From positions 1 through 27,659 of the IMG/VR virus record IMGVR_UViG_3300047561_001022: 27,659 nt of DNA. The stretch is one strand, 5' to 3'. Both the position numbers and the translations under genes were made by a program. This document shows positions 8,851-16,558 of this stretch, piece after piece; the stretch's first letter is position 1; every line of letters starts with the position of its first letter. The DNA is from a virus. Lineage: Duplodnaviria > Caudoviricetes. The notes beneath the pieces are model-generated. The model saw only the letters and a list, made by a program, of their open reading frames with translations, ran no database searches and was not told where the DNA came from.

Positions 8851-9006
8851 ATGCCAGTATTTTTGATGTTGGGAATGGTGTTGTTCGGAATCAGCTGCAT
8901 GTGGCTATTAATTCATGTGATATTTTATGGCACAAAACGCGATTTAATTATCTTGTTCGCAGTGGCATGGATTATTGTTTTTATTTTGTATATGGTGAGT
9001 ATATGA
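8851..9006 (+). CDS. Small two-TM membrane protein
   Basis: Two hydrophobic segments and tight packing. Confidence 0.6.
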   Translation: MPVFLMLGMVLFGISCMWLLIHVIFYGTKRDLIILFAVAWIIVFILYMVSI

Positions 9007-9179
9007 ACACAATATTTGTTGGGTTGGCAATCACTGCCATGATCATGGGCGTGTCAGTAACCATTGCACAGTGCATGGTGTGGTACGAAAAAACCATTGC
9101 CAGCTGGCACCACGAAGTGCTACAAGAGGAATTTGCCAAAGGCTGGGATTCTGCCATTCAGTTTATGAAGCGCGATTAA
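9003..9179 (+). CDS. Small single-TM protein
   Basis: ATGA overlap, hydrophobic N-terminus, C-terminal F-x-x-GW. Confidence 0.6.
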   Translation: MNTIFVGLAITAMIMGVSVTIAQCMVWYEKTIASWHHEVLQEEFAKGWDSAIQFMKRD

Positions 9180-9184
9180 TACCT

Positions 9185-9230
9185 ATTTCGTGGCGTTACG
9201 AAAATGGTTAATTTCGTAACGCCACGAAAT
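9185..9230. terminator. 19-bp perfect inverted repeat
   Basis: atttcgtggcgttacgaaa-8 nt-tttcgtaacgccacgaaat at the end of the early operon. Confidence 0.7.
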
Positions 9231-9257
9231 TGATAAGGCAAGTTAGTTTGTTTTAGT

Positions 9258-9272
9258 GTATAATTGTTATAC
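9258..9272 (+). promoter_or_regulatory. -10 box overlapped by a small palindrome (putative operator)
   Basis: TATAAT at 9259-9264 inside gtataa-ttg-ttatac. No clear -35. Confidence 0.5.
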
Positions 9273-9290
9273 GTTAGGAGGTGATGAAAC

Positions 9291-9470
9291 ATTAAAACAC
9301 GTTTAATGGCTATTCGCATCGATACCCAAATTTACCTGGCACTGCTGATGGTAATAGCAGAACACGCTAGGCAAGGAACTCACACCACATTATCTGATGT
9401 GGTACGCAACGCAATCACAATGTACCTACAAGATGAAAGAAACGAGAAACACAATGAGCTGGCAAGATGA
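9291..9470 (+). CDS. Second ribbon-helix-helix protein (not in the ORF track; start ATT 9291 or ATG 9306)
   Basis: (I)KTRLMAIRIDTQIYLALL...TTLSDVVRNAITMYLQDE. AGGAGG lies 9 nt before ATT. Confidence 0.75.
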   Translation: MKTRLMAIRIDTQIYLALLMVIAEHARQGTHTTLSDVVRNAITMYLQDERNEKHNELAR

Positions 9471-10233
9471 CGCACAAGGTATGGAATGGAAGAGCCAAGA
9501 AGATAAAGACCAAATGCCACGGATTCGTTGGGCACATGGTCGCAAGGTTGGCAAGGTTGCGGAGTTTGGCAGATGGTACGCCAAGGCTGATGGCATGCCA
9601 ACGCCACCAGATGGCTGGCAAGAATCAGATTTGTATGATGATGGTGGCTGGCAGGCAAAATCCATGATGTTTGCGCCACTGTTGAAACGGTCGCAGGCAT
9701 TCAGTGTTGATGACACAGGCACTTACACATGGCATGACCACTGGCAGAAGGGTTTGAAAATATACACTGAAGTGGTATGTTTGTTGCATGGTTTCGAAGA
9801 GCCGGTGATTTTTGCCTGCAAAGGCTGGACTGCTGGTCGTGTGATTGGTGCCAAAAATAGCGTGGTATCAGAACACACGGAGTTTGTGCACAAGGTAGCA
9901 AACGCCACAGCCAAGGCACCCCTGCCACCATGGGCCTTTTGGATTCCTGTTGGTGGTAGCTATGATTTCAAAGGAAACCCAATATTTGTAGATGTTGGTG
10001 CAGGCCAGCAAAAAACCGTGCTACACGATATTGTGTTAGAAATCAAACAGGCGGCTGATCGAGAAACGCTAACCCGTCTGTATGTAGGCAAGGAGCTGAT
10101 GCAATACGGCCTGCATATGCGTAATGGTCTTGTGGAAGATGGCTGGCATACGAAGCGACGTGGCAACGTGGCAGCAGAACAACCTGCCATCAATACACCA
10201 CAACCACTAGACGATGATTCGTTGGCATTTTAG
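9454..10233 (+). CDS. Putative ssDNA-binding/annealing protein
   Basis: Aromatic-rich, with a flexible acidic tail PLDDDSLAF resembling the SSB DDDIPF. Precedes the primase-helicase. Confidence 0.5.
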   Translation: MSWQDDAQGMEWKSQEDKDQMPRIRWAHGRKVGKVAEFGRWYAKADGMPTPPDGWQESDLYDDGGWQAKSMMFAPLLKRSQAFSVDDTGTYTWHDHWQKGLKIYTEVVCLLHGFEEPVIFACKGWTAGRVIGAKNSVVSEHTEFVHKVANATAKAPLPPWAFWIPVGGSYDFKGNPIFVDVGAGQQKTVLHDIVLEIKQAADRETLTRLYVGKELMQYGLHMRNGLVEDGWHTKRRGNVAAEQPAINTPQPLDDDSLAF

Positions 10234-10251
10234 TATTTATTTATCTCATGC

Positions 10252-10286
10252 TAGACTGCATACACTCTTGTATGCAGTCTATTTTT
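10252..10286 (+). terminator. Intrinsic terminator
   Basis: tagactgcataca-ctct-tgtatgcagtcta followed by TTTTT. Confidence 0.75.
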
Positions 10287-10303
10287 ATCAGTGAGTATTT
10301 CAA

Positions 10304-12343
10304 ATGAGCACAGCGCAAAAGGTGTTACAGGCACTTAATTTGGTGCCAAACGAATCAGGCCAGTACAGATGCAATTCACCATACCGTATGGGGAGTGATA
10401 GCAATTCATTTTCATTAGTCATTGATGATGATGAGCATGGTGCGTGGCAAGATTTCGCATCAAGTCAAAAAGGAACCCTATACCAGTTAGCTGATTTTCT
10501 TGGCATCGATACGGCCAAAGAAATAACCACCAGCAAACGTGCATACCGCGATCACCACGATTACGCCACACAGAAGGGCCTAGAATGGTCCGTATTTGAA
10601 AAAGCGGGCTGGACTGCCACAAAGAAAAATAGACGGCCTGCAATGGCAATCAGCACAGACAATGGTACACGCTATCGGTTTCTTGACTATCAGGATTCTA
10701 AAACATACATCAGTGATACCGGTTTTAAATCCTGTTGGTACAAGTTACGCGAAGCAGTGCAAATGGCACGCGCTGGCAATCTAGCACTGGTGTACACCAA
10801 TGGTGAAGCATCGGTGGTGGTGGCACAGCACTATGGCATACCTGCAGTGACCATGGCAGGTGGTGGCGAACGTGTGCTACCTGCATCACTGCTAGATGAA
10901 TTATTAGGCTGGTGGTCGAGTGGTCAAATAATCATTGCCTTGGATTGTGACAATACAGGCCGCAGTGCCACCAACGATTTGCTGGCACAATTCAAGACTG
11001 CACAGATGAATGCCTATGGTGTCGATATGCGACTAGGCAAAGGTGGTGATCTGGCAGATTACTGCAATCTGTATCAGGCCACCACTATGCAGGAGCTGGC
11101 AGCACTACCAATCATGACAGGACCACTAAACAAAACGATTGAATATGTAGTGAAGCGCGAAATCATCAGTGCACGTGATTTAGATGCGAAACGGTTTCAG
11201 TCGCTGCAAATGATAATCGAGGAATTCGGGCCTGAAGGTTGTATTTTATTTGCAGGCAAACCAAAAGCACGCAAATCATGGCTATCTACAGGTGTAAGTG
11301 TACAGGTGGCATACGGCCGCAATGCACTAGGCAAATACGCCACCAAACAAGGCAGTGTGCTATACATGGATCTCGAATCAAATCAGCGTCGTATGCAGTC
11401 ACGTTTGCGCCAGATGCAAATGAATGACGAACCACTACCTGAAAATCTATTTATAGTCAATGAATGGTCAAAAGGTGACGAAGCAGTAAAAGAATTAGAT
11501 GAGTGGCTAACGCATCAAAAAGATTGTGTGCTGGTGGTAATCGATATTCTCGAAAACATTCGTGCACCACGCCAAAAGAATGCGAACCCCTACACTGAAG
11601 ATTACGATGCAGTGAAACCACTCAATGTATTGGCAGAAAAACATCACTGTTTAATTCTGGTAATCCATCACACACGCAAATCAAAAGCAGAAGATGCATT
11701 TGATGAAATATCAGGCACCACAGGTTTGGTTGGTGGCGTGTCTGGCATGTGGATATTGTCACGAATCAGCGGTGATGATGACAAATCACAGCAGGCTGAA
11801 TTCTTGGTGCGTGGTCGTGATATTGATGCAGACGATAAACGCACATTGAAATGGAATGATGAAACATCGATGCACGAGGTAATAGGAGATACCGAATCAT
11901 TTCTGCTATCACCAGAACGCCGCGATATATTGAAGCTACTAGAAAACGGATTGCACTACAGGCCACAGGATATTGCAGACGCAATAGGTAAGAGCCGCCA
12001 GAACACGCACAAGATGCTTACACGACTCAAGGCGGCTGGCATGGTCAAGCAGGATAGTGTAGGCAAGTATTTTTGCGTCAAGAACAAAACTATACCTGTT
12101 GGCTATGATGACACACCAGAATCAATTACCACAGTGCCTGTAGTGGCACCTGTAACGCCACCACAGGAACCATTGCCTACAGTAAGCATGATTACAGGAC
12201 TGCCACCAGAAAAGATAGCACAAATGCGTGTGCTGGCCAAAAGCGATGCACAGGAAGATCACTATGCACTGGCCAAAATACTCAATGCCATTGGTATCAT
12301 TGGCGATATGCAAAAACGGGTGGTAAGTGAACTATGCAATTAG
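10304..12343 (+). CDS. Primase-helicase: degenerate Zn-binding region, TOPRIM-like domain, RecA-fold AAA_25/RepA helicase, winged HTH
   Basis: IIALDCDNTG, Walker A-like AGKPKARKS, VLYMDLE, LVVID, IHHTRK, and RPQDIADAIGKSRQNTHKMLTRL. Confidence 0.85.
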   Translation: MSTAQKVLQALNLVPNESGQYRCNSPYRMGSDSNSFSLVIDDDEHGAWQDFASSQKGTLYQLADFLGIDTAKEITTSKRAYRDHHDYATQKGLEWSVFEKAGWTATKKNRRPAMAISTDNGTRYRFLDYQDSKTYISDTGFKSCWYKLREAVQMARAGNLALVYTNGEASVVVAQHYGIPAVTMAGGGERVLPASLLDELLGWWSSGQIIIALDCDNTGRSATNDLLAQFKTAQMNAYGVDMRLGKGGDLADYCNLYQATTMQELAALPIMTGPLNKTIEYVVKREIISARDLDAKRFQSLQMIIEEFGPEGCILFAGKPKARKSWLSTGVSVQVAYGRNALGKYATKQGSVLYMDLESNQRRMQSRLRQMQMNDEPLPENLFIVNEWSKGDEAVKELDEWLTHQKDCVLVVIDILENIRAPRQKNANPYTEDYDAVKPLNVLAEKHHCLILVIHHTRKSKAEDAFDEISGTTGLVGGVSGMWILSRISGDDDKSQQAEFLVRGRDIDADDKRTLKWNDETSMHEVIGDTESFLLSPERRDILKLLENGLHYRPQDIADAIGKSRQNTHKMLTRLKAAGMVKQDSVGKYFCVKNKTIPVGYDDTPESITTVPVVAPVTPPQEPLPTVSMITGLPPEKIAQMRVLAKSDAQEDHYALAKILNAIGIIGDMQKRVVSELCN

Positions 12344-12345
12344 GT

Positions 12346-12496
12346 GGTTTACATCGGTTTACATGGTTTACAGTGGTTTACATGGTTTACATGGTTTACA
12401 TATGTAAACCATGTAAACCAGGGTGGATTTAGGGTGGTTTACAAGGTTTAGAGCATTGCAGTGCAGTAATCTGGCATTGTGTAAACCAGTAAACCA
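12346..12496. repeat. GGTTTACA iteron cluster with 38-bp perfect palindrome; putative replication origin
   Basis: Direct copies at 12346, 12356, 12365, 12375, 12384, 12393 and 12436. Inverted copies at 12403, 12412 and 12480. Palindrome at 12383-12420. Confidence 0.8.
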
Positions 12497-12531
12497 ATAT
12501 TTCTAGGAATTGATGAAAAAAAGGACAAACA

Positions 12532-12948
12532 ATGAACAAGCTACGTTTGAACAGTGAGTGCATAGGCTGCAGTGATCAATTCACGCCAAATGATGATGGC
12601 GTGCCACTATGTGGATTTTGTCGAAACAACGTGGCGCAAGTGCGTGCCAGACTCAAAACTATGCTGGCAGTGATTGGTGATGGTTTGGCAAATAACATCG
12701 AACGACTGAATGAAGTCGACACTGCACGACTTGATGCAATCTACAAAATGAAAATAAACCTGCCACGAGCAGGCAACACCAAAGAAGCAATGGCCGCAAT
12801 GCGAACCGCGCACAGTGATTTTGCTATTCGTATTGCAGCCACCAAACGCAAAGGCGATGCACTCGCAGCAGTGTTGCAGTTACAGGATACCTGCAAGGCC
12901 CTACAAGACAAATTACACGCACTTGATACACTGGAATACCTATCATGA
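12532..12948 (+). CDS. Zn-finger (CxxC...CxxC) plus helical protein of unknown function
   Basis: CIGC...LCGFC and an AAGGA RBS. Confidence 0.7.
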   Translation: MNKLRLNSECIGCSDQFTPNDDGVPLCGFCRNNVAQVRARLKTMLAVIGDGLANNIERLNEVDTARLDAIYKMKINLPRAGNTKEAMAAMRTAHSDFAIRIAATKRKGDALAAVLQLQDTCKALQDKLHALDTLEYLS

Positions 12949-14036
12949 GTGTAAGAAGCAAAATACACGATATGGAACCACAGGCCGTATTTGATTTAGT
13001 ACGACAGCACAAGATACGTGGCACCTGCAGAATACTGCAGGTTGGCAGCCATGCACTGCAACAGTTTCTGAAGTTACACAAATTCGATAATAAGCCAGCA
13101 TGGACCAAAAAGCATGTACTGCAGCACTACATCAAAAAAGAATTTAATGCACAGGAGATTGCTACAGAATTAGGGTGTGCGTCAGATACCGTGTATGCAT
13201 GGCTGCACAGATTCGATTTGATTGTCGATTACAAACCATGGACTGCACAAGAGGAAAAGTATTTGCTATTTATGGCATTTCAGGAACCGTGGCCAGTGAT
13301 TGCACAAAAGCTTGGCAGAACCATTGCGGCCGTGCAGATACGTACAAAGAAGCTAGGCATTCGATCAGCAGATATGATTGGCTATTGTGTCGAGGATATC
13401 GCCAATGATACGCACATGACACGCGAGCAGGTGCGTGTGTGGTACCAACAGTTAGGCCTGAAATCAACACTGGTGCAAACCACACGCAACGTGACAATAA
13501 ACCCTATAGATTTCTATGAGTGGTTAATAGCTGGCAATATATTGCGTATCGAGGATATAAGCAAATGCGCACATTGGCTGAAGGAGATACACGCCAATGC
13601 CATGCAGGAATACATCTCGAATAAGGAAATCAATTTCTATGCATTAAAGGTAATGGATTATGCAGCGCGTCAAGAGTGGCCAAACCGTGTAGTACCTGAA
13701 GTGCTGATGTATATCCATCGATATGGCATTGGTAATCTGTACAGACGTGATGCAGTGCGCGAGTGGCTAAAACACTACAGGTATGTGCTACCACGCAAGA
13801 TTACGCCACAAATGCCAAACTATTTATGGTGGCGTGATTTTGCCAGTGAATGGGATAAGCACTATATATACCGTAATGAAGTAGTGCAAATGATTGGCGA
13901 GTATGAAGGTAAATTAGGTCACCTGCAGAAGGCATACGGATTTCCAAAATCTACCTGCAGTATGCATGGCTATTTTGTGCGTAGTGAAATTGCCAGCTGG
14001 TGCAGGACCACTGGCATGTATACAGAATGGCTATAA
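12945..14036 (+). CDS. Multi-HTH DNA-binding protein
   Basis: AQEIATELGCASDTVYAWL; WTAQEE...IAQKLGRTIAAVQIR; VEDIANDTHMTREQVRVW; GFPK...RSEIASW. Confidence 0.7.
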   Translation: MSVRSKIHDMEPQAVFDLVRQHKIRGTCRILQVGSHALQQFLKLHKFDNKPAWTKKHVLQHYIKKEFNAQEIATELGCASDTVYAWLHRFDLIVDYKPWTAQEEKYLLFMAFQEPWPVIAQKLGRTIAAVQIRTKKLGIRSADMIGYCVEDIANDTHMTREQVRVWYQQLGLKSTLVQTTRNVTINPIDFYEWLIAGNILRIEDISKCAHWLKEIHANAMQEYISNKEINFYALKVMDYAARQEWPNRVVPEVLMYIHRYGIGNLYRRDAVREWLKHYRYVLPRKITPQMPNYLWWRDFASEWDKHYIYRNEVVQMIGEYEGKLGHLQKAYGFPKSTCSMHGYFVRSEIASWCRTTGMYTEWL

Positions 14037-14311
14037 CACGTATGAGAAACGCCAAAACAGACCACAATCAAAACGAAATAGTACAGGCATTGCGTCAGAT
14101 TGGAGCCACAGTCGTGCTATTGCATAAAGTAGGCAGTGGTGTGCCTGATTTACTTGTAGGGTTTCGTGGTGTAACGCATTTAATCGAAGTGAAGCAGGCC
14201 AAAGGCAAACCCAACGTACGACAAGAACAGTGGTATCGAGAATGGCACGGCCGTGCACCAGTGGTGGTAAAAACCATTGATGATGCAATCAATGCAGTAA
14301 TAGGTAATTGA
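14027..14311 (+). CDS. VRR-NUC-like PD-(D/E)XK nuclease (possible resolvase)
   Basis: D-x-NQ-x-EIV, GVPDLLVG, LIEVK, and Q-x-x-W. Confidence 0.85.
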   Translation: MAITRMRNAKTDHNQNEIVQALRQIGATVVLLHKVGSGVPDLLVGFRGVTHLIEVKQAKGKPNVRQEQWYREWHGRAPVVVKTIDDAINAVIGN

Positions 14312-14337
14312 CAATGTATATCAATATGATATATGAT
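14308..14337 (+). promoter_or_regulatory. Promoter with the same embedded operator as 6444..6472
   Basis: TTGACA-18 nt-TATGAT containing the palindrome tatatca-ata-tgatata. Confidence 0.72.
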
Positions 14338-14368
14338 ATGCATGGCGTTGAATGATAGGAGTAGACAA

Positions 14369-14524
14369 ATGTTAGTGAAGCAAATTCGTGTGTTGGCAGT
14401 AGTGCTAGGAATCTTGGCACTACTCATGGCGTGGCAAAATCAATACTTCATTTCAGGCTGCATGACCATACTGGCATTGCAGTTTGTAATGTGGGTATGG
14501 CACCAACAGAAGGGTGGCAAATGA
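14369..14524 (+). CDS. Small two-TM membrane protein
   Basis: AGGAG RBS and two hydrophobic stretches. Confidence 0.65.
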   Translation: MLVKQIRVLAVVLGILALLMAWQNQYFISGCMTILALQFVMWVWHQQKGGK

Positions 14525-14874
14525 TGCGTACAGGACACTGTTACCTATTTGGGTTGGCTAGTTTACTGCATACAGTGATGTGTACATTTGTGGCATTGGA
14601 ATATAAAAACACATATGTAAGCATTGGCTGCATTGTGATTATTGCAGTGTTTCTTGGATTTTTCATTGCTGGCGTTAATGACGAAATACATACGAATACG
14701 CCAATTGACAAAACATACACGAAAACAGTGCTGGGTCATGATTTTCTATTTGCCAAGTTTCGATGGTTTGGCGTTGATGTGATTCGTGTATATAGCGTGT
14801 ACAGCAATAAGTATTTCTATACCACACAATCAGATGTACAAGGCATTGCTGAATGGATAAAGAGGAATCCATGA
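14521..14874 (+). CDS. Membrane protein (two TM plus soluble C-terminal domain)
   Basis: ATGA coupling at both ends. Confidence 0.65.
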   Translation: MMRTGHCYLFGLASLLHTVMCTFVALEYKNTYVSIGCIVIIAVFLGFFIAGVNDEIHTNTPIDKTYTKTVLGHDFLFAKFRWFGVDVIRVYSVYSNKYFYTTQSDVQGIAEWIKRNP

Positions 14875-15233
14875 TTACATTACTTGTGTACCTGGCATGC
14901 AGTCTAGGAACCTGCCACGTGGCACCACTCAATGTTACACCAGCAGCAGTGGCAATAGCCACGTGTGAGAGTGGCGACACAGTGACGCTTGGTAGCTATG
15001 CACTGCATGCCAGAAGTGAAACCAATGATGGTGGCATATGGCAATTCAATGATAGTACGTATATGTGGCTCAATGGGTATGATCATGCAGAGCAGGACAC
15101 ACCACGCAATCAATACGACACGTTTGTATACCTATGGGATGACGGCGCCGGTTGGCGTCATTGGGCAAGCTCCAAACCATGTTGGGCGCAATGGTTGGTT
15201 ATCGATGACGCCGGAAAGGCAGTGATGAAATGA
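14871..15233 (+). CDS. Lysozyme-like / lytic transglycosylase (Rpf/SLT-like) with hydrophobic N-terminus
   Basis: IATCESG (catalytic Glu), GGIWQF, Q and GWRHW motifs. Confidence 0.8.
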   Translation: MITLLVYLACSLGTCHVAPLNVTPAAVAIATCESGDTVTLGSYALHARSETNDGGIWQFNDSTYMWLNGYDHAEQDTPRNQYDTFVYLWDDGAGWRHWASSKPCWAQWLVIDDAGKAVMK

Positions 15234-15700
15234 GTAAAACACAAACCCATCTAATCCTAGGCAATGTGCTAATTATGGAATCAGACGGCAGGGGTACAGA
15301 AACAGGCACTGTTACTGTAAATGGCATTCATTATCACGTGATTAAAGATGAGCGATGGAAGGTAACTGTTAATCATGAAAAAGTTGCGGAGAATTACGCA
15401 TATCTTGAAGCCAACATCGAGGCGCACATTATTAAACATCAAAAAATGACGGCATGGCAGCAGGCGAGCTATGGTAATAATAAAGGAGTATTTAAATCTA
15501 TAAAAGACACCAGTGTAAGGTATGGCGTATGCGACATTGAATTCTACGTCTACAATGCTGATGATGCGACGTGCTGGCGGTACTATACACATGACGATAC
15601 CTATGCATGCAACCACGAATCACCATGGTTTTCATCAGAGATAAAACCAAGCGCAGACCATTTCAAGGCGTGGGTAATTTCATCAATAGAAGTGAAGTAG
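15230..15700 (+). CDS. Unknown-family paralogue A
   Basis: Shares TAW / CWRY / WF..P..HF..W motifs with paralogues B and C. Confidence 0.8.
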   Translation: MSKTQTHLILGNVLIMESDGRGTETGTVTVNGIHYHVIKDERWKVTVNHEKVAENYAYLEANIEAHIIKHQKMTAWQQASYGNNKGVFKSIKDTSVRYGVCDIEFYVYNADDATCWRYYTHDDTYACNHESPWFSSEIKPSADHFKAWVISSIEVK

Positions 15701-15702
15701 AT

Positions 15703-15795
15703 ATGAAAAAACGCACAGTAATAAACCGCAAAATTAAATTAGCAAAGTGGCTAAGACGACAGGCACGCACATGGAAAGTGAAGGTGATGAGATGA
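15703..15795 (+). CDS. 30-aa highly basic peptide
   Basis: MKKRTVINRKIKLAKWLRRQARTWKVKVMR, with ATGA coupling to the next gene. Confidence 0.5.
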   Translation: MKKRTVINRKIKLAKWLRRQARTWKVKVMR

Positions 15796-16322
15796 CAATG
15801 AACGAATTTGTATTCAATCCAAAACCTGAAACCTACCGTATGTACATTTTTCGCCAAGAAGTGGTATTTACCAAACATGGTGATGTGTGGAATGGCAAAT
15901 TGCAATTCAATGGTAAAGAGCATTTGCTATCGTGGTCTGTAAACCCTACACAAATGTTTATTGATGGCGTGCAGGTGCGTGCAGGTAATGATGATTATCC
16001 ACGCACTGCAATTGACCATAATTTTATGCAGGCACTGGCCAGCATTCACAAACTGACTGCATGGCAGGAGTATAGCAATGAATTTGAAGGTTTCGACACA
16101 TACGACACAGAACAATTTATTTATAGCGCACTTGGCCTTGATTTCTATGCAGAAACATCAATGGATGATACCTGCTGGCGATACGTCACAAATGGTGATG
16201 ATCGCTGCTGGCATACATCACGTTGGTTTAATGGGAGTGATTACAAACCATGCCTGCATCATTTCAGGCGTTGGGTAAATGCCAGCATTGAGTATAAAGA
16301 GGATTACGAACACTATATATGA
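15792..16322 (+). CDS. Unknown-family paralogue B
   Basis: LTAWQ, DDTCWRY, SRWF...KPCLHHFRRWV. Confidence 0.8.
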   Translation: MTMNEFVFNPKPETYRMYIFRQEVVFTKHGDVWNGKLQFNGKEHLLSWSVNPTQMFIDGVQVRAGNDDYPRTAIDHNFMQALASIHKLTAWQEYSNEFEGFDTYDTEQFIYSALGLDFYAETSMDDTCWRYVTNGDDRCWHTSRWFNGSDYKPCLHHFRRWVNASIEYKEDYEHYI

Positions 16323-16558
16323 GAGTAATAACCCGCCATCGTGTGCCATTTTATGCCAGATGCGTGCATGTGCCATACAGGGTAAAGTTTTGGATATGTG
16401 CCACATGGTGCCATGAACGTGGCATACGATTTAGGTATAGGCAAATGCCAAATGGGTATATGGTACCAATCAAACAAAAAGGCAATTGGCATAAACGCCA
16501 CTACAAAGTAAAGGTAACGCAATGGGTAATACACTTAAAATCATCGGAAAGCCAGTAG
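16319..16558 (+). CDS. Basic, Arg/Lys/aromatic-rich small protein
   Basis: ATGA coupling. Fills the gap between paralogues B and C. Confidence 0.55.
   Translation: MRVITRHRVPFYARCVHVPYRVKFWICATWCHERGIRFRYRQMPNGYMVPIKQKGNWHKRHYKVKVTQWVIHLKSSESQ

Noticed and set aside
6211-9470. Lysogeny module (integrase, CI/Cro, att site)
   Set aside because: No recombinase motifs, divergent repressor or partition ATPase is recognisable.
12346-12496. CRISPR mini-array
   Set aside because: Repeats are 8 bp with 1-2 nt spacing, there are no unique spacers, and no cas genes are present.
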